Below are positions 23,732-31,545 of a stretch of DNA of 32,000 bases, piece after piece; positions within the stretch are counted from its first letter, which is position 1; every line of letters begins with the position of its first letter. The translations under genes and the position numbers were made by a program. Source of the DNA: Halogeometricum borinquense DSM 11551 (lineage in GTDB: Archaea > Halobacteriota > Halobacteria > Halobacteriales > Haloferacaceae); contig NC_014729.1 of the NCBI RefSeq assembly GCF_000172995.2, forward strand, positions 390,001 to 422,000, given 5' to 3'. Under the pieces are notes generated by a model. The model did not search any database, was not told the DNA's origin, and was given only the letters and a program-made list of their open reading frames with translations.

Positions 23732-25036
23732 ATGAAACGCCAACAGACAGTTATCCTCGTCGCCGTCGCCACTGTCGTCGCTGTCGGCGGTGGTGCAATC
23801 CTCTTTACCGACCAGGGCGGTGAAGCGGACGCCTCCACCGCGGCCAACGACGCGTCGGCGGCTGTCGGGGAATCGACGCCGACGGCGCAATCGAGCAATT
23901 CGAACAATCAGCAGACAGAGACATCTGGCGAGTCGGACAGTTCCGAATCGGGTGATGTAACGTCCGGTGCCGACGATAGCGATACCACGTCGTCGAGTTC
24001 CAACAGTACCGACGCCCAGTCCGTCGAACGCGCGAACGAACCACCGACGGCCGAAGCAGGGGCGAACAGAACTGTTCCCGAGTGGCTTCGCGTCCATTTC
24101 GACGCAACATCCTCTAGCGATCCCGACGGCAACGATGCCAACCTCACCTACGAGTGGACACAAATCGATGGTCCGGCGGTGGACATCGTCGATGCAGACA
24201 CTGCAAAGCCCAACATCCTCACGCCGGAGATTGTCTATCGGACCGACCTTACGTTCCAACTCACTGTCACCGACGAAGCGGGAGAGACGGCGACGGACAC
24301 AGTGACGATCACTGTCCGCCCGCCGGACCGAGACGACTCTGACGACGAGCAGACGGAATCTGACAACTCGACCGACGAGTCCGATAACTCCACCGACGAA
24401 TCGGATGACTCCGATTCAGAGCAACCGTCGGACCCGAACGACGACGCCGGTGACTCAGACGACGATTCTGATGATTCGAGCGACGACTCGGGCGATTCAG
24501 ATGACAGCGACTCCGGTGATTCGGATGACGACGCCGGTGATACGGAGACCACTCGCGACGACATCGCACAGGCGGTCTTCGACTCGAACTTCGACGGCCT
24601 AAACGCCGCGGATGCGGCCGTTGTCGAGGAATTCTACATGCGCCAACCTGACGGCGACTGGGACCTCTCGACGGTCCAGACCCGTGACGAACTCGCACAG
24701 GAGGAGTACGGGTCGGACTACGACGAACTCGGCTTCGATGCTCGCGTCGATGTACAGACGGCGTTCGACGCCCAGTTCGATGACACGGGCGGCGCACTCT
24801 CGAAAGACGAAATCTCGCAGGCCAAATGGGGCTACGACTTCGACGAGTTGAGTAACGAGTCCGCAGGTCAGATTACGGAACTGTACGACCGGCAACCGTG
24901 GGCTGACAGAGAGACCGAACACGTTCGCACCCGCGAGCAGTGGTCACAGCGCCTCTACGACTCCACGCTCTCAGATCTGACGCGCGACGCTCGACTCGAT
25001 GTCGAACGCCGGTACAACAACCAGTTCGACGACTAA
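23732..25036 (+). CDS. N-terminally anchored extracellular acidic protein with a PKD-like domain, a D/S-rich linker and four C-terminal repeats
   Basis: The N-terminal TM is VILVAVATVVAVGGGAILF. The PKD-like segment is ANRTVPEW..FDATSSSDPDGNDANLTYEWTQIDGPAV...LTFQLTVTDEAGETATDTVTITV. Residues about 198-272 are almost only D/S/E/G. The C-terminus carries repeats of about 40 aa. Confidence 0.75.
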   Translation: MKRQQTVILVAVATVVAVGGGAILFTDQGGEADASTAANDASAAVGESTPTAQSSNSNNQQTETSGESDSSESGDVTSGADDSDTTSSSSNSTDAQSVERANEPPTAEAGANRTVPEWLRVHFDATSSSDPDGNDANLTYEWTQIDGPAVDIVDADTAKPNILTPEIVYRTDLTFQLTVTDEAGETATDTVTITVRPPDRDDSDDEQTESDNSTDESDNSTDESDDSDSEQPSDPNDDAGDSDDDSDDSSDDSGDSDDSDSGDSDDDAGDTETTRDDIAQAVFDSNFDGLNAADAAVVEEFYMRQPDGDWDLSTVQTRDELAQEEYGSDYDELGFDARVDVQTAFDAQFDDTGGALSKDEISQAKWGYDFDELSNESAGQITELYDRQPWADRETEHVRTREQWSQRLYDSTLSDLTRDARLDVERRYNNQFDD

Positions 25037-25189
25037 TACGGGCGGTCGGACAAGGATTGTCTGACCGGCTGACGATGCTCCAGCCATCTTTTTCTCTGCT
25101 TGACTTTTGTTTCATCGGCTTTGACCCGGCATAGACTGTGGATTTTCAAGAGAAAATTGAATAAAACTCCAACGACAAGATCACCTGTT

Positions 25190-25387
25190 ATGAGTCAGAC
25201 GCTCACTGTTGAGGGGATGAGTTGCGGCCACTGCGAACAGACCGTCGAAGACGCGCTCTCGAACGTTGATGGAGTCGAATCCGCCGCCGCCGACCACGAG
25301 TCTGCGTCCGTAACGGTACGGGGTGATGTCTCCGTGAACAAACTCGTCACTGCCGTCGAAGACGCTGGCTACGACGCCTCGGCGTAA
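25190..25387 (+). CDS. copZ: heavy-metal-associated (HMA) domain copper chaperone
   Basis: The ATG at 25190 gives MSQTLTVEGMSCGHCEQTVEDAL, with the GMxCxxC motif and a ferredoxin-like length of 65 aa. Confidence 0.9.
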   Translation: MSQTLTVEGMSCGHCEQTVEDALSNVDGVESAAADHESASVTVRGDVSVNKLVTAVEDAGYDASA

Positions 25388-25453
25388 TCACCCAGTGCTA
25401 CGATTTTCCGGCTGACTTCCGGTGACGGGCTTTATTCACGTGCCGCTCGGAGC

Positions 25454-26140
25454 GTGACTGTGGCCCGAGACGAACGCGGTCGCGGCGTCTACGATTGGTG
25501 GAGCGGCCACCAGCGCCTGTTCGGCGTCCTTTCGACGCTTCTCCTATTCGGGAAGGGCGACGACGCCCGCGCCCGTGGCGTCACCTCGTTGGCGCTTGAT
25601 CCGGGTGATACCGTTCTTGACGTTGGGTGCGGGCCGGGTGTCAACTTTCCTGCGCTCCGCGAAGCGGTCGGCCCGGACGGCACGGTCGTCGGACTTGATT
25701 ACAGCGCTGGGATGTGTCACCGCGCCCGCAAACGGGTCCGCAAGGCGGGGTGGGAGAACGTCCATGTCGTCCGCGGTGACGCCGCACGACCTCCGTTCGA
25801 GACACCGTTCGACGCCGCTTACGCGACACTGTCGATGACGGCGATGCCCGAAGCAACGGCTGTCATCGATGCCGTTTACGATAGTCTTCGACCTGGCGGT
25901 CGGTTCGTCGTCGTGGACACGCGCCCGATTCAGGACGCTCCGTGGGACCGCCTCAATCCACTCTTTACACCGATTTCACGGCTTGCCACGAACTGGCTCC
26001 CCGACGTGGACGTAGTCGGTGCTCTCCGTGATACCTTCGAGACGTATTCGCTTACGGAGTACAACGGCGGAACCCTGTATGTTGCGACGGCGACGCGGGA
26101 GGATGGGAGGGCCGCCGACACGACACCACTGCAGGAGTAG
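25454..26140 (+). CDS. class I SAM-dependent methyltransferase
   Basis: Motif I is VLDVGCGPGVN, followed by VVGLDYS and LRPGGRFVV. The only in-frame starts near the 5' end are GTG (25454 or 25460). Confidence 0.8.
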   Translation: MTVARDERGRGVYDWWSGHQRLFGVLSTLLLFGKGDDARARGVTSLALDPGDTVLDVGCGPGVNFPALREAVGPDGTVVGLDYSAGMCHRARKRVRKAGWENVHVVRGDAARPPFETPFDAAYATLSMTAMPEATAVIDAVYDSLRPGGRFVVVDTRPIQDAPWDRLNPLFTPISRLATNWLPDVDVVGALRDTFETYSLTEYNGGTLYVATATREDGRAADTTPLQE

Positions 26141-26203
26141 TCTGTCACCAATACTTCCTCACTGCGGCGACAATGGTATGTGTAAACGTAACGTGTTCTG
26201 TGT

Positions 26204-26620
26204 ATGAGTGACGATCACGATTCACTGAGTCAACACGATCCCGATATTTCCGATGCTGAACGCGAGGCCCTTCACGAGTTACAACTCGGTATCGAACACG
26301 TGTATCGGGGTTACGGAACGTTGCTGACGTTCCATCACCAAGTTGGCCATGCGATGGATCACCTTGCGAATGCGGAGGCGTACCTCCGCGAAGCGGGTCA
26401 CAAAGAGTGGGCGAATATTCTCCGCGACCACCACCTCCCGGCGGGTGCAGTTGACGACCAGTGGACGTACGAACTGGTACAGGCGTTCCGCGAGGGACTC
26501 CTACAGGACGTCGCTGACTTCGAACATGACGTTCGAGACGACCTCGTTGATGGTCTCGATCACGTGACAGAACGGCAACAACAGTCTCAATGGCGTGAAC
26601 GTGCCGGATGGGATGAGTGA
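26204..26620 (+). CDS. hypothetical acidic protein (138 aa)
   Basis: ATG start, halophile-type composition, His-rich helical segments. No motif recognised. Confidence 0.6.
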   Translation: MSDDHDSLSQHDPDISDAEREALHELQLGIEHVYRGYGTLLTFHHQVGHAMDHLANAEAYLREAGHKEWANILRDHHLPAGAVDDQWTYELVQAFREGLLQDVADFEHDVRDDLVDGLDHVTERQQQSQWRERAGWDE

Positions 26621-26746
26621 GCGTTCTCCTCTGTATCGGGAGCAATACGGGTGAACGTGCAGAATTTGTTTCGCTTGGTTATATGTACCGTGGACCCGTA
26701 GCAAACGGTGCGCGTCGAAGTGGCACACACTATTCGCGGCGGTGTT

Positions 26747-26789
26747 CCATCTCCCCCCCGGAACTCCCCACCCACCCCCCCAACCTTCC
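26747..26789 (-). other. C-rich (plus strand) / G-rich (minus strand) tract with a canonical G-quadruplex pattern
   Basis: The minus strand reads G7-T-G3-T-G4-AGTTCC-G7 (core 26753-26781). It lies in a 280-bp convergent intergenic region and is followed by a 6-bp stem hairpin GTCGCG-AGTTCGA-CGCGAC at 26790-26808. Confidence 0.5.
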
Positions 26790-26901
26790 GTCGCGAGTTC
26801 GACGCGACACTTTCTGACGCTCGCATCCGGATTACTCGGGTGCGGGCGTTCTTCAGGCCTGAGCGATTGGTTTGTCCCTCTCCCGGAGAGTTAGCGTTCG
26901 A

Positions 26902-27198
26902 CTACTCGCCGTCGGTCTCTTGCTGTGCTTTTTCGACTCGTTCAGCGTACGATGCCAACTCCTCGGAGAGTTCGCGCGCCTCTGATGCCGAGAGCGTCAC
27001 TTTGTCGGCGTGTGCCGGCAAGTGGTCGAGTTGGGAGTTGTCGAGTTCGAGTTCGAGGCGGACGTGGTCGGGGTTCTTCCGCGGTGCGGTGACGTTCAGG
27101 ACGGCAAACGCCTCCTCGGTAAAGTCGTGGCCGACCGCTTCGGCATCCAGCATATCGAACGTCGTGTAGGCGTTCACGCGGAGTAGTCTGTTTGGCAT
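26902..27198 (-). CDS. hypothetical protein (98 aa)
   Basis: The ATG at 27196-27198 gives MPNRLLRVNAYTTFDMLDAEAV... with an acidic C-terminus. The track start further upstream adds an atypical leader. Confidence 0.5.
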   Translation of the reverse strand: MPNRLLRVNAYTTFDMLDAEAVGHDFTEEAFAVLNVTAPRKNPDHVRLELELDNSQLDHLPAHADKVTLSASEARELSEELASYAERVEKAQQETDGE

Positions 27199-27297
27199 AC
27201 ACACCTTTACCCACCGGGCGGTCATGTGCGTGACGCCTCCGATAGCCGCGGTTGTCACGTACTAGTGTTTTTAAGTAAAAACGACGCAGCGGCGAGT

Positions 27298-27960
27298 ATG
27301 CAGTTCGAAATTGCCGACGGCCACAGTTATGCGACGCTCGAAATCGACTTCGACGAGGGCGAACGAGTCGGTATCGAACCCGGGTCGATGGTGACGCGAA
27401 GCGAGAACGTTCGCGTCGAGACGACGTCGGGCGACGATGGAATCGGCGGTATGCTCAAACGCGCTGTCTCGGACGAAATCGACGTGATGACGACGTACTT
27501 CATCGCCGAATCCGACGGTGCGCACGCCCTCCTCGCACCGGACTACCTCGGCGACATCGCTCGCGTCGAACTCGACGGAACTGAGGGTGTGAAAGTCCAG
27601 TCCGGCGGACTGCTTGCATGGTCTGAGGGCGTCGAACGTGGAACGGCCCGCAACGAGGCGAGTAACTTCTTCTCGTCGGGTGAACTCACGGTGCTGAAAC
27701 TCGACGGGAAAGGGTCTGCGTTCATCTCTGCGTTCGGTGCAGTACGCAAGGAGACGGTCACGGCCGAGGACCCGCTCATCGTGGACGAAGACCATCTCCT
27801 CGCGTGGACGGACGGACTTTCGGCGTCGCGGCAGAAAGACTCGAATCTCACCTCGTCACTGCTCGGTGGCGAGGGGTTCGTGACGAAACTGTCCGGCGAA
27901 GGGTCGGCGTGGGTGCAGACGCGCGACCCGATGGTGCTGTTCGGGCCGAGCGGGAACTAA
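27298..27960 (+). CDS. AIM24 family protein (DUF124 / TIGR00266-like)
   Basis: MQFEI..YATLEIDFDEGERVGIEPGSMV at the N-terminus and LLGGEGFVTKLSGEGSAWVQTRD near the C-terminus match the family pattern. Confidence 0.75.
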   Translation: MQFEIADGHSYATLEIDFDEGERVGIEPGSMVTRSENVRVETTSGDDGIGGMLKRAVSDEIDVMTTYFIAESDGAHALLAPDYLGDIARVELDGTEGVKVQSGGLLAWSEGVERGTARNEASNFFSSGELTVLKLDGKGSAFISAFGAVRKETVTAEDPLIVDEDHLLAWTDGLSASRQKDSNLTSSLLGGEGFVTKLSGEGSAWVQTRDPMVLFGPSGN

Positions 27961-27988
27961 CATCTCCCGTCTTCCCGACTGGCGCGCC

Positions 27989-29761
27989 TCAATCGTCCGC
28001 CGACATCGGTGAGTCGTCAGGGAACGTCGGGGCTGGACTCGCGTCCATAGAGTCCTCGTCGGCGTAGGGGTACCACGTCATCTTCGTGTTGTGCATCATC
28101 GGGTCCTCGTAGTCCGTTTCCTCGGGTTCGACGAACTCGTCGAGTTCCTCGTCATCGTGCCGGGCGACGAACTCGCGGAACGACTCGCCGTCCTCACGGT
28201 TCGCTTTGAACTGATCCAGCAGATTCGAGATTGCACCCGGAACCTCGTCTACGGGAATCCGTTGGGTGACCCAGCGTGCGAACTGCGGTTCCTCGCCGAG
28301 ACCGCCGCCGAGGCCAACGTCGAGTGCTTCGACGGGTTCGCCGTTCTTTCGGGTCTTCATACCGCGGAGGCTGATGTCCGCAATCTGCGGTTGTGCGCAG
28401 GAGGCCGTACATCCGGAGAGGTGGATGTGGAACTGATCGATGTCGTCGGGAAGTTCGACGTTCTCCTTCAGCCACCGCGCGTAGCGGACTTGTCGGTTCT
28501 TCGTCTCCACGATAGAGAGCGAACAGAACTCGGTACCGGTACACGCAACCGAGCCACGCATGAACGGTGACGGGTCGGGCGAGTAGTGTTCCAGCAGGTC
28601 TTCGCCGAGGAAGTCGTCGAGGTCTTCTTCGGGTACGTCGGTGACGATGACGTTCTGCCGCTGAGAGAGACGGACTTCGCCGGACCCGTACTCGTCCGCG
28701 AGGTCGGCGAGTTCGAGTACGTCTTCGGCACCCATGCGGCCGACGAGAACGTTCAAGCCGACGAAGTAGTTGCCGTCCTTCTGTTCGTGGACGCCGATCA
28801 GGTCGTTTCGTCCGCCACTGCCGGTGTTGTACGTGTACTCCTCGCGGACGTCGCGGCCTGCGGTGTGGAGTTCGAAGTCAACGTACTCTTCCTGCAGGAC
28901 GTTGCGAACCTTCTCCGGCCCCCACTCGTCTACGAGGAACTTGATACGAGCGTTGTAGCGGTTTTCGCGGTCGCCGTTGTCGCGGAAGAGCGCAGAGAGG
29001 CCGCCCGCCACGTCGGAGACGTTCTCGGGAGCGACCCACACGTCGATGTCGCGGGCAAAGCGCTCCTCGTTGCGGGCGAGACCGCCGCCGACGCGGACGT
29101 TGAAACCGACCTTCTCTTCGACGTCAACCTCCTTGTACGCCGGTTCGAAGGCGAGGTCGTTGATGTCCCCCTGTCCGGACCCGTCCGCGGACCCCGTCAC
29201 GGAAACCTTCCACTTACGCGGGAGGTTCGAGTGATCCTCGTTGCCTTTGAACGTCTCGTTGAGTTCGCGGATAACGGGCCACGCATCGATGACTTCCTGA
29301 GCGTCCTTCCCGGCGACGGGGTTGCCGACGATGTTGCGCCACGAGTCACCACACGCTTGCTGGGCGGACAACCCGTTTTTCTCCATCTTCTCGAAGATCG
29401 CGGGCACGTCTTCGATGTTGATCCAGTGTAGTTGGATCGACTGCCGGGTCGTGAAGTCGGCATAAGCGTCACCGAAGATCGGATTCGTCCCCGGACCGGT
29501 GGCGTACTCCGCTGCGATTTCGCCGACGACGCGCAGTTGCCCCGGTTCGAGAACGCCGTTTGGCGTCCCAATCCGCATCATGAAGTACGACTCCTGCCCG
29601 TTCCGCTGGTGGTACAGTCCCCACCATTTGAATCGCTCGAACCACTCGTCGTGTTCGTCCTCGGGGATTGCGTCCCATCCTTCTTCTGCGAACTCGTACA
29701 GATGTTCGCGTATTTCGTTCCCGTACACCTCAGATTTCCAACGCTCGACGTCCGTGGGCAT
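27989..29761 (-). CDS. ferredoxin-dependent nitrite/sulfite reductase (siroheme, 4Fe-4S)
   Basis: Two NIR/SIR repeats. The cluster and siroheme Cys motifs are VACTGTEFCSLSIVETKN and LSGCTASCAQPQIADI. The ATG at 29759-29761 (MPTDVERWK) is preferred, since the track start at 29800 is GTG. Confidence 0.9.
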   Translation of the reverse strand: MPTDVERWKSEVYGNEIREHLYEFAEEGWDAIPEDEHDEWFERFKWWGLYHQRNGQESYFMMRIGTPNGVLEPGQLRVVGEIAAEYATGPGTNPIFGDAYADFTTRQSIQLHWINIEDVPAIFEKMEKNGLSAQQACGDSWRNIVGNPVAGKDAQEVIDAWPVIRELNETFKGNEDHSNLPRKWKVSVTGSADGSGQGDINDLAFEPAYKEVDVEEKVGFNVRVGGGLARNEERFARDIDVWVAPENVSDVAGGLSALFRDNGDRENRYNARIKFLVDEWGPEKVRNVLQEEYVDFELHTAGRDVREEYTYNTGSGGRNDLIGVHEQKDGNYFVGLNVLVGRMGAEDVLELADLADEYGSGEVRLSQRQNVIVTDVPEEDLDDFLGEDLLEHYSPDPSPFMRGSVACTGTEFCSLSIVETKNRQVRYARWLKENVELPDDIDQFHIHLSGCTASCAQPQIADISLRGMKTRKNGEPVEALDVGLGGGLGEEPQFARWVTQRIPVDEVPGAISNLLDQFKANREDGESFREFVARHDDEELDEFVEPEETDYEDPMMHNTKMTWYPYADEDSMDASPAPTFPDDSPMSADD

Positions 29762-29852
29762 CTTCTTACTCTCCGCTAGACCTCCATACTGATAGGCCAC
29801 CTTCTCACGTCAACCCTTCCCGGTGCTTCCATATAGCGGACATTGTTGCCTG

Positions 29853-30164
29853 TTAATTCTTTGCTACCGGTTTGAGGACGCTCTCGCGGTCGAGATGGCG
29901 GAATGTGCCGTTTACGATGCGGCCTACCGGCGTCCAATCCGTCGTCTCTGCGGCCCCGCAAGCGATACACTGGCCGTACGCTCGAACCTCGACGGTTCGA
30001 CCGTCAACGCCCACCTCGACGAACCCCTCAACGACCATATCTGTCAAGTCGCATCCGCAGAAATCCGGGTCCGGAAAGCGCCAGAGTTCACTCACGCTCA
30101 CCTTCCGGTCGTCGTTGACGGATATCCACGCGCCGTCGTCGAGGATGCGAAGCGCAACTGCCAT
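29853..30164 (-). CDS. hypothetical protein (103 aa) with C-x-C ... C-x2-C cysteines
   Basis: ATG start and acidic composition. FCGC and CIAC could form a small zinc site. No family recognised. Confidence 0.55.
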   Translation of the reverse strand: MAVALRILDDGAWISVNDDRKVSVSELWRFPDPDFCGCDLTDMVVEGFVEVGVDGRTVEVRAYGQCIACGAAETTDWTPVGRIVNGTFRHLDRESVLKPVAKN

Positions 30165-30476
30165 GCCTCTACTAGGTACTCGCGCTACCCCACTTTGACG
30201 GCGCGAGCAAAGGCAGACTCAGTCGGTGACGCAGCTTACTGGGGCAAACGGACTGCAGTCCCACGGTTTTCCTGATACTGGTGCGTCGAAGGTATCGGCA
30301 ATCGGTTCTGGTTTCCTGGAGTAAAGGTACGGATTACATCCGAAGCGTTGCTTATCCGGGTGCCGCCCATTCGGGGGAATGATGACTGACGCACACCACC
30401 GACATTCGGGTCGGCGACAACACGTCTCAGCAGACGTAGCTCCTGAACTGTATCCACCAGACATCGATGATAACGA

Positions 30477-30647
30477 ATGAACTCGGGCGACTACGACTCC
30501 GAACAAGAGACCGACACAGAGGAGGACACAGCAGACGTGAGTGAGAACGATACCACGGACGACGACTACGAGCATCTCAAATCGCTTGACGACGGCGTTG
30601 GGTGTACCGAAATTTGGGAACACCTCTCGGAAAGCCGCGACGGCTGA
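30477..30647 (+). CDS. small very acidic protein (56 aa), below the ORF-track size cutoff
   Basis: Hand translation: MNSGDYDSEQETDTEEDTADVSENDTTDDDYEHLKSLDDGVGCTEIWEHLSESRDG*. Its composition is far more halophile-like than the opposing 134-aa track ORF. Confidence 0.45.
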   Translation: MNSGDYDSEQETDTEEDTADVSENDTTDDDYEHLKSLDDGVGCTEIWEHLSESRDG

Positions 30648-30824
30648 CGCGGTGTCGAGCGAACTCTCTCCCCCTCGTCTTTCGCTTCGACGCTCGTCTT
30701 CGCCTGCCCCGGCCGCCGGTCGCCAGCTTCCATCCGCCCCGACCGTTAGTCACTCGTCTCCGCCCGCAGACGTTGCCGGGCGGGGAGATGCTTTTACCGG
30801 CCGGTCCGTTACTGAGGTGTACGA

Positions 30825-31511
30825 ATGACGGATGACGACTCGGTGACCGACGGTGGCCGCCGCAACTCCCTACCTGCGGACCGTGAGGAACCGGTCGGTG
30901 AACCGGTCGTCCGCGCGGACCCGGCGGTTACCGGCGAGCGGGCGCGTGAGGCTGTCGGCTTCGATCCGGACGACCCAGAGAGCGTCGCCGAGGCCGCCGA
31001 AACGGTTCGCGCCTTCTCGGAGAACACCATCGGCTCGGAGGACAACGTCTACATGCTCCGCGGTGCCGCGGCGTGTGCCGCGCTCGTCCGCGGCGTTGGG
31101 TCGTATAAGGCCGCCGCCGCCCGGGCCGGCGGTGACGTATCCGTCTCCTTTATCCGCAAGTGGGCGCGGGTCCACGACTTACCGCAGGCCGTCCGACGAC
31201 ACGTCGCCCGCGGCCACATCGCACCAACCGCCGCAAAGCACATCGCTCGCGTCTCCGGACCCGACCGATTCGATCTCGCGTGGGCCGTTCTTGACGGCGA
31301 CCTGACCGTCAGAGAAGTCCGTCGCGTTGCCAGCGAGGTGAACGACGGGCGACCGGTCGCGGACGCACTTACTGAGCGCGGTGTCCGACCCGGCCGTCTC
31401 GAACTCTCGATATCGACGGATCACTACCGTGAACTCCGTCGGCGCGCATCGCTCGAAAATCGGACGCCCGGAGACATCGTTGACGAAGCACTTGATGACT
31501 ATCTCGGCTGA
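30825..31511 (+). CDS. hypothetical DNA-binding protein (ParB-like HTH region plus a possible RHH-like C-terminus)
   Basis: ATG start. The segment VSFIRKWARVHDLPQAVRRHVARGHIAPTAAKHIARV resembles ParB/HTH cores. The C-terminus RLELSISTDHYRELRRRASLENRTPGDIVDEALDDYL resembles RHH. Confidence 0.6.
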   Translation: MTDDDSVTDGGRRNSLPADREEPVGEPVVRADPAVTGERAREAVGFDPDDPESVAEAAETVRAFSENTIGSEDNVYMLRGAAACAALVRGVGSYKAAAARAGGDVSVSFIRKWARVHDLPQAVRRHVARGHIAPTAAKHIARVSGPDRFDLAWAVLDGDLTVREVRRVASEVNDGRPVADALTERGVRPGRLELSISTDHYRELRRRASLENRTPGDIVDEALDDYLG

Positions 31512-31545
31512 CGAGACGACTGCCGACTATCTCGATTGACGAACG

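Noticed and set aside
24355-24547. Short tandem nucleotide repeats as a possible CRISPR or VNTR
   Set aside because: They are in-frame, imperfect codon repeats encoding the D/S-rich linker of the PKD protein (ESDNSTD x2, DSDD variants). There is no repeat-spacer architecture.
28586-29431. 281-aa plus-strand ORF
   Set aside because: It is antisense to the nitrite/sulfite reductase. Its Val/Asp-rich, low-information translation is a GC-rich frame artefact.
30165-30476. SRP (7S) RNA or RNase P RNA in the unassigned gap
   Set aside because: I looked on both strands for the SRP helix-8 core (GGAA-type tetraloop next to GAGCA / AGG-C), the Alu-domain UGUAAC-type motif and the RNase P GGAAAGUCC motif. 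None was found. The region remains unassigned rather than called.
30219-30623. 134-aa minus-strand ORF
   Set aside because: Its Cys/Val/Arg-rich, non-halophilic composition is implausible. It also overlaps the much more plausible 56-aa acidic plus-strand ORF.
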